From Guillardia theta CCMP2712 (Eukaryota; Protista; Cryptophyta), in NCBI RefSeq assembly GCF_000315625.1, contig NW_005434654.1, positions 128,273 through 192,272 on the forward strand: a stretch of 64,000 bases of DNA. Reading direction: 5' to 3'. This document shows positions 10,982 through 23,017 of the stretch, in pieces (the stretch's first letter is position 1; each line of letters opens with the position of its first letter). Both the position numbers and the translations under genes were made by a program. The notes under the pieces were generated by a model. That model was not told the DNA's origin, did not search any database, and worked only from the letters and a program-made list of their open reading frames with translations.

Positions 10982-13426
10982 TTAAACACACTTGAAAGGG
11001 GTGGCATTGTGCCCCTGGTTCTGATCGAGGAAGAGGAGGTCGCGGTAGGTAGCAAACGGCCAGCTCTTAGCGGGGCAGATGGACTCGACCTCATCCACCA
11101 CTTTCCTTGCGTTGGCCATGACGTCCAGGCGGAGCTCCCGAGCAATCTTCGCCTTCTTCAGGGGGTCCTCCTCGTGCTCAAGCTCCTCGTACTTGGCCTT
11201 CACCTTGGCGCACTCTGCCTCCATCTGAGCGGTGCTGATGCCTGTCTCCTTCACCGAAGGCACGATGTTCTGCGTGATCATGTCGATCATGCATCCTGCC
11301 TCGATCTCCACCAGCCCGGTGTAGTGCTGGAGGGCGATGTCTCGGCGAGCCAAGAGCTCCTCCTTGGACATCACCCCGAGCTTGGCGAACATCTCCAGAT
11401 TCTTCTCGGCTCCCAGCTGCTCCATCGCCTCCACCCCGCTGTCGATGCGGCACAGGCCGCGCTTGCCTGCCTCCGCCTTCCACTCTTCGGAGTAGCCGTT
11501 GCCGTTGAAGATGATCTTCCAGTGCTCCTTGAGGGCCTCGGCCGCCACGTCATCAGCCTTCATGCCTCCCTCGATCTTGTCCGCAAACTCCTTGAACGCG
11601 TCCGCGCAGATGGTGTTGAGCACTGTGTTGACCATGGAAACGTTCTGAGCCGAGCCGACCGCGCGGAACTCGAAGCGATGGCCTCCGTAGGGGAAGGGAG
11701 AGGTGCGGTTGCGGTCCTCCGTGGGGACCTCGAGGGTTCCGAAGAGGTCGCATCCCGTGTCGACAGTGCGAGGCTTGGGCTTGTACTCGCCTCTCTTTCC
11801 CCCCTTGAAGCCCTCCAGGTACTCCGTCAGGCTATCCCCGAGGTACGTCGAGATGATGGAAGGAGGAGCCTCCATGGCTCCCAGGCGAAAGTCGTTGCCG
11901 GGGTCAGCGATGGCTGCTCTCATCAGGTCGCTGTGCTTGTCCACCGCAGTCACCACAGCAGCTATGAGCACAGGGAAGATATCCAAGTTCCCCGTCACCT
12001 CCGCTACTTGCCCCGCATTCATGAGGTTCAGCCCTTCCTTGGTTCCCAGCGACCAGTTGTTGTGCTTCCCGCTCCCATTGACTCCGCTGAAGGGCTTCTC
12101 CTGGAAGAGCGCCGCCAGCTCGTACTTGGCCGCGATCTCCTCGCAGAGCTGCATCACGAGCAGGTTCTGGTCGATCTGAGAGGTCACGTGGCCGAAGTAG
12201 GGAGCCATCTCGTACTGGTTCGGAGCCACTTCCCTGTGCCTGGTCTTGAGGGGGATGCCTAGCTTGAACGCCTCGTGCTGGATCTCGCGCAGGCAGTTGA
12301 GCGCATGCTGGTTCAGCGGCGCCATGTAGTGGTCGCACATCTCCTGCCCTCGAGGCTGCAGCACATGCGATCAGAGGAGCATCAATGCGGCAGGCAGCAG
12401 CTCACCGGCATCTTGCCCAGGATCGTTCGCCCGCACTGCTGCAAGTCTGGCCTGCGGTCGTACGAATCGCGAGGGATGAGGAAGAACTCTTGCTCCAGCC
12501 CGATGTTGGACTGAACCCCAGCAGTCGTATGCCCCATGAGCTTGAGCAGCCTTACGCACTGAGCTGACATGGCCTGTTCCGATCTCAATAGGGGGATCTT
12601 CTCATCGAGAGATTGTCCATGGTACGAGATGAAGATCCTGTATCATAAAGTAAGTTTGCAATAAGATTTTAAACAAGCATCAGTTACGTAGGAGCATAGA
12701 TCGTGTCGTCAAGAATGAAGATGGGAGAGGTAGGGTCGAGCACGGTGTATGCTCCTGCCGTGTGGGTAGCTGCAAAAGAATCTTATCAATAAGCCTAGAG
12801 AGAAGTGAGGGGAGTACCTCTCAGTCCGCCATTTGGATAGGAGGACCCATCAGTCTCGCCACGTAGAAGTTCTCCGGCCTTGAACTTGAAGCATGGCTTG
12901 CCATCCGCGCCGAACGTGAACATGTAGTTGTGGACTTGTCCAGTCTGTCCGTGTCTAACTCCGTTGCTGATGATTCAAATCTTAGACCCACACAAAGCTT
13001 CGGAAGTCACAAGCAAACTTACGCTCCAAGTGGCTGGAACCAGTGGGTGAAGACCGTGGCATTGCTATCCCTTCCCCAATCCAACAAAGCAGCGGCGACT
13101 GAGATAAGGTCACTACGACTACCTGCAAACGTCACAGTAACAACTACCTTTTTCTGCCTTTGCCTGGTCTTTTACCCAGGAGTGATCCTTCAACAGAGCG
13201 CTAGACTCTCCATACTTGCCGAGATACTGCACACGCATGTCATTTGAAGAAGGGGCAACGAACTTCGTTGAAAAGGTTTGAAACCAGGCAGAAGGCGAGA
13301 TAGAAAGCAAGACGAGCATAGAAATAGATGTGTTGCAAGGGAGAAGAGAGTGACAGAAAGAAAGTAAGAATCAGTTACCTTGTCAGCGACAGCTCCGACG
13401 AAGACCTTTTGCCCGTAGTCCTCCAT
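10982..13426 (-). CDS. GSIII: Glutamine synthetase type III
   Basis: Start MEDYGQKVFVGAVADK. Motifs include FTHWFQPL, GETDGSSYPNGGLR, GLEQEFF, HREVAPNQYE, EKPFSGVNGSGKHNNWS, NDFRLGAMEAPP and DRNRTSPFPYGGHRFEFRAVGS. Several short 5' introns and one final exon of about 1.37 kb. Confidence 0.96.
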
Positions 13427-13460
13427 TGCGAATTTGCTTGCTACTGGTTTGCGGAGCACC

Positions 13461-13467
13461 TTTTATA
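13461..13467 (-). promoter_or_regulatory. Putative TATA box (TATAAAA) of GSIII
   Basis: The + strand ttttata reads TATAAAA on the minus strand, about 35 nt upstream of the GSIII ATG. Confidence 0.55.
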
Positions 13468-14019
13468 AGAGGAGGGCGGTGCACCCCACCCCCCTGGAAT
13501 TCAACTTTTCGATGGAATATACTATGGTGGGGTGCATAGGGGTTACAAGATGAAGGAGTTGGTAGGAACATGTAAGATACAGGGGTAGTAAAGGGGAAAA
13601 GAAGGGGTACAGAAGCTTCTTAAACCTCACCTCACCTCCAGACAATACCGAAAGGCCCTTAAGTTGCGACTGAACATGCAGCCCATCTTAAAACTGTAAT
13701 ATAAATTTAAAAAAGAAACTACCCACCCCATCGAATACCGGCGGTGGACTGGGCAACTTGCGGTCAAACTTGAGGCAACTTCCGGCAAATTCCGAGACTT
13801 GTACTGAAATACCTGTTGATAAATTGAATATTTTCTAGATAATTCTGCAATGATGAAATCAACTTGCAGCACCCCAGCTACGCCTTCTAGACGAGTCACA
13901 TAAGGGGTCCGTCAACTCATTAAGTGCTGAAGTAGCGGCACACGTCATCCCCCTTATTATCTGCACACAGAGGTGTAAGATTTACTCTCGGCTGAGCCGA
14001 CACTGAGCTCTTTCTAGTA

Positions 14020-14770
14020 CTGAGGGCCGCGCCCGGGCCGGCCGCGCCGGCCCCGCCGGCCCGGTCTGACTCAGTGACGCCGGGCGGGCGCCGGCAGCCA
14101 CTGACGGTGTGACTCACGCGCCGGCGCCTGGCACCGCGGGCCGGGGCGGCCCCGGCCCGCGGCCAGTGACTCAGTGAGCCGCCGCGTGACCCGGTGACCG
14201 TACGCGCAGCCGGTTGCACGCCGGGGTGTACTACACTGTCAACTAGCCTGAGCCTACGCCGGGTAGCCGAGGCTAGTACTACGGTAAGTTCAGAAGTCAC
14301 TCAGTAGTTCGCTTGGACCCGCCGGGGCCGGCCGTAAGCGGGCGCTCGGCGCCGCGAGTCACGCGGCACAGCCGGGCCCTCCGGCGCGGCTCCGGCGGTC
14401 ACTCAGCCGGTGACCGTCCGTACGGTCGTTCAACGGTTACCGGGATCTTACCGTACGGTGACTGCCGGGGAGTCCGATCATCCAGCCAGTCCCGGGGCGG
14501 CCGCCTCCCGGAGTGACTGTGCGGGCGGCGCCGGGCCGCGGCGGCCCGGCCCCTGTGACTCGCCGGTCACGGGTGACCGGCGGACTCACTGCGGGGGCCC
14601 GGGTCACGGTAGTACGGTGCCGTCTCCCGTACGGTCGGCCACTATGAACTTAAATCCCGAGTCCCGTCGCCCGGGCCCGGCGTGATCACTGAGTCATTCC
14701 CGGAGCACGGTTCCGGCGGGCCGGGGCCCAGCATGGAGTTCCGGTTCAAGTCCAACTGAGCCGCCGCTCG
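14020..14770. other. Extremely GC/CCGG-rich non-coding island with repeated TGACTCAGTGA motif
   Basis: Dense ccgg/ggcc/cgcg runs. TGACTCAGTGA occurs at 14067 and 14167, and as its reverse complement at 14686. It lies between divergent genes, and the overlapping ORFs are low-complexity. Confidence 0.7.
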
Positions 14771-14975
14771 GCAGTTCGCCTCAGAACAGTGCGAGGGGGG
14801 GAAGGAGTGGAGTTGCCTCGCTGTTCGATACTACCAGGAGGTCCGAAAGTGGCGGCGCTTCATGCAGAGATGGCAAAGGGAGCTCAAAGGGATCAGTGAG
14901 AGTCTGAGCCGATGCAGACCTGCCATGCCGCATGCTGGTGTGTTAGAGATGCACATCCACCCTCACCTGGGCAAT

Positions 14976-17900
14976 GAATGAAGAGATTCGAACAGGATAG
15001 GCTCAATCACGATGCCGACATATCTTGTGAGCATGAAAAGTGCATATAGCACCCTGTTGCTTCTAGCTTGTGCTATGCAAGGAGCAAAATGTCTGACAAC
15101 AGTCTTCATGATTCCTGTATATGAATGGACCCTTGTTTGGAAGGTATGGCGTTCCTTCATCTCATTGATATGAGCATGCTATAACGGAGCCTTTTTCAAG
15201 GAGTGGAGAAACGAAAATTATTTATATGGATCAATCTGGAGACCGACATCTATTGTCAACTTCGATAAGAGAGGTAATTCCATCGATTGATCGCATTACA
15301 TCTCACTAGGTTGAATGACAGATTTTCCTGGTGAAATGAACAGGGAAATCGATGGTTATGATGTGCGAAAATATCTGTCAAGCAAGGATTGGGAGGTTGT
15401 TTACCTAGGCGATGTGTTTGTTGCAGGTAAATTCTTCCTTCACTTTGAAATCTTGTAACTAACGTTGTTCTTAGGAATCCAAAAGCCCAATTTCGTGGGA
15501 ACAATCTTGATTATCGATCAGAATGGACAGCCATGTCCTGTCGGAGTCCCATGCTTCAATCGCAACGAGAGTTTTGCAATTTATCAGGTGCGCCGAATGA
15601 CAACAAGAATTCTCAAAGAAAATATTCAATGACGCTATTGAAGGGGCCTTTGTATGCAACACCTGACGGAAATGCTTTTGACACCATCTGGAGCTCAACT
15701 ATATCTCAGGAAAAGTTTGATCACTTTCTGTACAGGACAACTGAGCCCTGCCGTAATTGCAGTGCACTGAGCAAACGTCGATCAAAGTTCCGCTGCTTTG
15801 CAATGGTTGGTTTGCTCGAGTTGGAATTCTTCCATGTTTGAAATGAGAGATCCCAGCCGAAAGTGCAAGTGAAGGCAAATGCCAGAACGAAAGTGGATAC
15901 GCTGCGTTACAGAACCCGATCACGATTCAGAGGCACGCCAGTTGTGCGAAAGACACCTCTTTTGATGCTCCTTCATAGGCCAACATGTCCGGCAAACTTC
16001 TTTGTGTTAGGGCACATCGCTCTCAAGGGCTTCAATGGCAAGTTGTGCGTCTAGTCGAATGAAAGTGATCAGGTGTATAGGGTCGAACACGGCGGAGCTC
16101 CCGATGTCTCAATATAAATGCATCCATGAGACAATGCTGCGAATGACATCGTTTGAAGTGCTTTCCATTGCAAACTCGTTTCCTTGCTCAGTCCAGTTGC
16201 AGGCTCAGCCTGTCTTCTCAAGCGGGTCGCCTGGTCTGCCTTGTCGTGTCCCGTGTTGGTGGGATATTGACGTCTCTATGCAGGCACAAGCGTATGGAAC
16301 CCAAGCCTGATATCTAGAAACTACTCCCAGGTGTCTCGAGGGAAGGAAACGATTGCACTCTCTTACATATGCTCTCTCAAGGAGTTTTCGATCTGGAAAG
16401 CGAATTGTTCAGCCGAAAGTTGCAATGTGCATGGCCAGTGCACTGACACTATCACGCAAGGCATGCTCGCTCCTGTCCTGTCATCAGATCTCAAGGTTGT
16501 TTCAGGCTTGTTTTACGGGAGTCCAAATGCAAATGTACCTGACCTAGTCATAACTGGATCTTCAACATCAAATGTTGCAACAGGACCGAGGAAGACTTTT
16601 GTAAGTGAGTTAATAACGAGTGACTGAGTCTTAATGGTGCAGGTGTTTCGTTGCTTTTAGAGACTGTCTTGCAATGGAGAGCACGAACGGTGCTGGTGAC
16701 TTGTGCTCTGACATTGCAATCCACAACGCAACCTGTGACTCAGAGCTTGGAGGATTTACCAACACATCCTCATCACCATTGATGGATCTGAAAGGGATTT
16801 ATCAAGTAATTCCCAGCGGGATTCCAGATAGATATCCTCTTCCTTTCCTTGTGACTCTGCTGGTCAATCCAACAATTTGTGAAAAAATGGGAAAAACAAT
16901 GACGGGGATCGGCGCTGCTGTGCTTGTCAACCATTTCGAAACAAAAGTGCTTGCAACGCGTGTCTCGACAGACCTGTGCGAGATCGTACTTCAGATACAA
17001 ACAAACGGTGAATTGAAACCAGGCCCTGCAATTTTGTCACTATTTGCCGTCAATTCGCAAGGGGCCACAGAAGAAATCTTGATCAATGGAAATCAAGCAT
17101 GTCCATATTTTCATAACCTTGGGGTATCATTGGGAAGATTGTATGTTTACAAAAATCCAAGTCAAAACGCGACCATCATTGCATCTCGAGCATTGAATGC
17201 AGATTGTGCCTTGTTTGTGCTCGTTAAAATGCCTTTCTTCACGCAAACAATGCTCTATGGAGAATACTTTTGCTACTGGAAGAATCAGGGAGACAGATTG
17301 TGGCGCGAGGCAAGTCCGTCTAGAGCCATCTTCGATCCGGCCACCTCAGCAAGAGGAGTGCAATGCCACATCGCTGGTTCTACATCGAGCCGAGTGCTGC
17401 TCAAAGTTTCTATCAATGGCCTCCAGGGCACCTTCCACCAGCTCTCAAATTTCATCACTCGATTGGGAGATCCAAGCTCTGCCATCCCTGGAGAAGGTAA
17501 GATTTGATCTTGCTCTGTGTCTTCCTCCTTCTTCATATCTTGAAGTCCCAAGCAGGTTCGTTTCGCATCTTCTCGATATCCCCGAATAGTGGACCTCGCC
17601 AAGGAGGAACCCTGTTGACTGTTCGCGGGAAATATTTTTCAAACTTTTGCAATCCAGAATTTTGCACTGATATCCAATGTCAATTTGTCTTGTCTGACTC
17701 GCAACGAATCGGCGTAGATGCAACAGTGACAAGTGATAACGTCCTGACATGCACAACCCCAACAGTCTCAAGTCAGTTTGAAACTGTGCAAGTCCAGGTG
17801 AGCACTGATCCTAATCCCGCGTGCAATGTTCGCACCAATTCAAGTTTGCCGTACAACTCATTTTCCTTCCACTATCAATCTGATGTCGCTGTACAAGTTC

Positions 17901-19631
17901 AGCAGTCGAGCGCTTTGTGGTACTCGTGCAACCCGTCCGCGCAACAATCTTGCGATGTTTGGCCCAACATTAATCAGTCAGTTCAGAGCCTCGGCTATTA
18001 CACATGTTTGAGTGGATTCACCTCCCAAGACAAGAAAAGCACCTCTCCTGCATACCCAGTCTGGTGCATAAGAGCCCTTCCTATCGATGCTGGGAGATTT
18101 TATCAGTTTACAATCACAGACCCTTTCATGAAACTTGCTTCTTTTGTCGTCAGAAAAGTTCCAGTGGAATATCCTGGGTACTGCAATCGAGCAAACCTCT
18201 CAGAGTCTTGGTCAAAGATTGAGACGATGCTAGACTACAGGGTCTTCGACCTCTACGATCGAACGTACTCACAAGGCGATTCGATCCCCGTCGACAAAGA
18301 AACGCAAGGCAAACGCCTCGTCGACAAGATCTTCTCTACAGCTGCAGCCAACGCTTCGAACCTGACATACATGAAAGACGCACTGAACGCCATCGGCCAG
18401 CGATATGGCTTTCTTGACCTCTCGCTGGTATTTGCCATCGAGATGGATTTTACATTGGCTGCAAACTATTCAGAGGCAAACCTTCGGCTGAGCACTCCTT
18501 GTGCGCTTTACCCTGCCAAGTTCGGCCAATATTCAGGATTCTATGGGGAGAGATATGCAAGGTATGCTGTTGTTGAGAACAAATCTTGAAGGAATCTAAA
18601 AAGAATGCAGCACTGGCAACTATATCAACTGGACAGAAGCAGGATGGTTAGCTGGAAAGCCAGCATGTGAGGACTTGTTCTCATGATTTCTTCTCACGCC
18701 GTCGGCAGGTGTTCCTGTTCCTGGACATGAAAACGCCTGCTCTGACCAAATCAAGTTCTCACCGAACATGGAGGATCCGATCGGCGTGATGTTGACTCAA
18801 CCAGCAACGATAGAGACCAGCACCACCATCTCAGATGATGTTGAACTGCCCAAGTGCCGCACATGTTGACTAACTTGACTCGATGCAGACGATGGGATGC
18901 GGGAGGCTGCGAGCAAGTTTCGACTGCTCCAACTTCTCTCTTGATGACTGCATCACGAGCATCATCATGCAGACGAACCCCAACGCCTTCTATCGCAACA
19001 TGGCCGCTCGTCAACCCTACAAGTCCGGCGTCTCCTGGTGTGACTTCACGTACCCGGAGCAAGCAGGTCCCAACAACTTGGGGGAGATGGGATGGAGGGC
19101 AGGGGCTGCAGCCCCTGGCAATGAAGATTGGAGGTGAGCGGTGAGGAGGAGGCAGATGCGTGTCTGACGACCGCTCAAGGTACTTCTACCGCGAATCTCC
19201 GTGTGTCCGCTGCAGACAAGCACAAGAGATTTGCAACGCTCTACAAGCAGAGGACAAGATAGTGAACAACATTCCTGTTGGTCCTTACAACTTGAGCTTG
19301 GGTGACTTGCCTTGACTTGCTGCTATTCGAGCTGACCTGACGACGTTCAAGGGGATAAACAAGCAGCCATCGAGATCAACCTCGGCTGCTTCGGGGGAGC
19401 AGCAGAAGATGAGGTGCGCAACAAGGAGAGCGAGTCTTGGAGTGTTTGACCGAGTCTCAGTGCTGTGATGACGTGTCCAACTTTGGATTGGAGAGCAGCT
19501 GGCCGATGCTGAAGGGCAGGTGCATCCGAACCCTTGAAAGATGCGTCAGACCTTCATCGAGCCATGTCTGCGCGAGAGACGTGAGGCCTCGTCGAGTGAT
19601 GGTGATGCCTCTGACCCTGCTGTCAGGATGA
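14976..19631 (+). CDS. Large multi-exon secreted/surface protein with an IPT/TIG domain (ends approximate)
   Basis: Signal-like TLLLLACAMQGAKC. FRIFSISPNSGPRQGGTLLTVRGKYF...CQF...ATVTSDNVLTCTTP is a TIG/IPT pattern. Long exons 16674..17507 and 17504..18589 are rich in Cys and N-glycosylation sequons. Confidence 0.65.
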
Positions 19632-19822
19632 TGCCAACGGTGTCTGCTCTGACCCTGCCACTGGCCAACTTCCTCTGTGCACGCCAAGATAGGTCGAGTC
19701 ATTGTTTGTGTAAGACACGAGGCGATCTAAATATGCGCATAGCAAGTGAACCATGTTGTAGAGTTTGTGTTGTAGAGAAGTAAAAATGACTAAAGACTTT
19801 AATGGGAGTGACCAGACATCGA

Positions 19823-22399
19823 TCATAAGTCTAAACTGTCGAAAAGCTCAAGGGCCCAATCATGATCAGGTTGCTTGTACAATACAGTCATCAACAAGTT
19901 CTCCACTTCGAGCTTGAAGTGCTTCAATGGTTGCTGTTCGGATCTCGAGAAGTTGACCTTGAGCACAACTGCAAGCAAGCAACGGGCGTCCAAGGAGTCT
20001 TCGAGGAGAGCAAGCGACATGAAATCTCTTGCTATGGCTTCGGCAAGCACAAGATCCTCTCGCTTTCCCTCACGGACCAGCAAGTCTGCGTAGGCTCTAA
20101 AGACGTGCCGGTTACAGACTTTGGGATCTGACAAGATAGCAGAGGGAGAGGAGGAGTCAGAGAGATCCAAGTCCAACACATAGAAGTAGTGACCTAGTTG
20201 ACTTCTATGCTTCCAACTCTTCCAGGTCCACTTTCTTTTCCGCAGAATTTTCACAGCATTGACAAGAACCTAACGAACAAACTTATTACCCACCTCCTCC
20301 TGCATCGTTTCTCAATCTTCACCTGCGAGAGATGATACATGGGAGAAAACGAGATTGCTCGTGACTCAATCTCCTCCGTCTGATTCAGTTGAGCAAGTGC
20401 GTCCTTCACTTCCCCTTCTTCTGATTGCACAAGAAGACACCCAAAAGCTGCCATGGCAGGCTCGTAATCGCTGCACCACGACAGAGCCCGTCGGAGCAAG
20501 AACATGCTGAAGGAGAATATCAGAGATAAGAAAAGAAGGTCAATTCGCACTCACCATATCAAAACTTTGTTGTCAGGGCAGAGTTCTTGCACGCACTTGG
20601 CGAGGAGAGTGAAGGCTCGTGGATAATGTCCGTACAGTTTGCTATTGTAGAACCTGAAACAAGAACATCTCAGGCTTCCAGGAGACCGTATGGAGATGGA
20701 TACTTGTATTCTGCCTTGCTCTCGTTGCCTGTCATCTTCATAAATGAGGAATCAAGGGACTGGAGCAGCATTATTGTCAGTTTGTCTCCTGCGATTGCAG
20801 CTTGCAATTCAGAAGATCACACGTCATAAAGAATATCATGCGCTCTCTGGAAATCTTGCTCCAAATTCATTATACATTCCGCCAGTCTGTACGAGCAGAC
20901 GAAGTCATCCACACGTGCTCTGGATTGAGATAGATTACCCGATTAGAGCATACCCAGTCTTGGGATATTTCTCCAGCACACTTAAAAAAAGCGCCTGGGA
21001 AATGACAATCATTTTATCTCTCGTAAACGACAGCTTTACCTGAGCTGCCATGTAATCGAACTTCGCATCCATGAGGTACATCCCATATTCTAACTTCATG
21101 TCAAAATCCTCTGGATCGCACATGACAGCCTGTCGGAAGTATCTCTCAGCCATCTCGATATCCTCCTGCTGTTTCCAGTGAAATCTGACACCATATTCAG
21201 CAGCATAAACAACATCTTCTTCTTCTACGGCAACTTCATCAGCATCATCCTCATCTTCATCTACATCAATTCCATCCTCATTTTCATCATTTTCTCCATC
21301 ACCATCGAAATCATTTTCGTCTCAACACTTCCTCTCACTTTGCGAGCTCGAGGAAACCCTTCACGTTGTCTTGTCTGAGCATCAACCCTGGCAAGTCCAG
21401 AGGGCAGGCCTCGCGTGCCATTCCCTCGCTCACTGCCTTGCTGGCATGCGCTTGGAGCAGGGAGATGTCGATGTTTGGTCCTGCTCCTGGTCGACGAGCT
21501 GCAGGTTCGCGGGGAGGACGAGAGGAGTTATAGTTGAAGACAAGCTCCAACTGTGCCTGTGTCAGCATGTCTTGATGCTCCTTGCTCAGCTTCTTGGTCC
21601 TTATGAGCTCGGATGTGGTGTTGAAGTCGTGCCACAGCTTTAGGTATCCATACCCCGGACGAGGCACATCTTTGGGCTCGAACTCGAACTCGATGTTCCT
21701 GTCCTTCACTTCCCAGCGGCACTCGTCCTCGTCCAAGATAGGGTCCTGCACGAAGACCTCAGACTCTATCCTCGCCCGGTTCGACAGTTTCAGCTCCTCC
21801 CGCGGGGAATATTTGGTCGCACCAGCAAACATCAGAGCAAGTTCCGAAGCATCGGGAGGCGGCAGGATAGGGTAAGGGGTCGGAGAAGAAGCTTGATAGG
21901 AGGGGTATCCATGATCCTTGTCGTAGAGGTAGTCTGCTTCCGAGAAATTGGCAGCAATCATGCGAGACTGCATCTCCTCCTCGGTCAGAATATGAACTGG
22001 GGCTGGCCCAACCTTGTTCTCAAGCTCTTGGATCACTGTCTCGATGTCTCCTGTGAACTCAAGGCGATATGGAAACTCATCCACCATCGAAAAGGTTGTG
22101 TTGTCGTGCTCCTCCTTATCCTCGCTGTTCTCTGACACGTCCGTAGTGTTGTCGTCCAAGGAAGATACACCAACATACAAGATCCTCCGGTCGGGCGATA
22201 CATCCTGCCATGAGTACTTGACGTTTCCTCCATCCCAACCGACATCCTCTGAGTGTTTCAGCGGGATGTGATGAAATTCTTTTCGAGGATCGAAGGACGC
22301 TGCTGGTGCTTTAGGAACTTCAGTTGCGGGGAGAACGGTGATCTGGCATGCCAGGAAGCATCCTAACAAGCATGTCCCTGCACCAGCGGCCAACCTCAT
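19823..22399 (-). CDS. Multi-exon TPR-like repeat protein with N-terminal signal-like sequence
   Basis: Leader MRLAAGAGTCLLGCFLACQITV. Helical repeats include AERYFRQAVMCDPEDFDMKLEYGMYL, LLRRALSWCSDYEPAMAAFGCLL and LLMTVLYKQPDHDWALELF. Confidence 0.65.
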
Positions 22400-22744
22400 A
22401 TGATATGAAAGCAAGACACGATCTGAGCACTAGAATGCCATCTTTGCGATGATACACCTGAAAGTCATGAAAGCGTCTCTACCGTACGCATCCTCTGCTG
22501 TTAGACTCATTCATTGCTCAACTCATCTGCTTATCACCCCAATCCCTCTTCCAGGCATCCCGGCGGGTGTATCTGATTTCAACCCCAAGGTACCACCTTT
22601 GCCCTTCCAGCTTATGATCTCATCTATGAAATATGAGATGTTGGAGGTATTGGAAATGAGGAGACGTTGGCCTCCGAGTGGAAGACAAAATGCGCTTGAG
22701 CGCATGTTGGAAGCGAGGGCGAGAGGAAGGGAAGAGGAAGATGA

Positions 22745-22808
22745 GAAGGACAAGGAAAAGGACAAGGACAAGGACAAGGACAAGGACAAGGACAAGGACA
22801 AGGACAAG
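22745..22808. repeat. (GACAAG)n hexanucleotide microsatellite
   Basis: About 10 tandem gacaag units. Confidence 0.9.
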
Positions 22809-23017
22809 AGGGTTCAAGATCTGGATCAAGATACAGGAGCAAGAACGAGGACTAGGATGGCAGGAGAGAGCGAGAGAGACACAGTCAGCCAGTGAGTGAG
22901 TTGTGGCCTACCATGAGGGATCGATTATTGCTGCGTCTGGGCAAGGGGAGCAGCAACTCCAACAAGCATGAATGATTGTGAGATGCTCCTCAGTTGACGC
23001 GTTCACTGTGACAGGAG

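Noticed and set aside
11009-12262. 417-aa + strand ORF
   Set aside because: Antisense shadow of the codon-biased GSIII exon, with no recognisable motifs.
13920-14685. R/G/P/A-rich ORFs in the GC island
   Set aside because: Open frames are expected from extreme GC content, and the products are low-complexity.
22449-22899. DK-, RT-, CP-, LV- and SL-repeat ORFs
   Set aside because: All are translations of one (GACAAG)n microsatellite.
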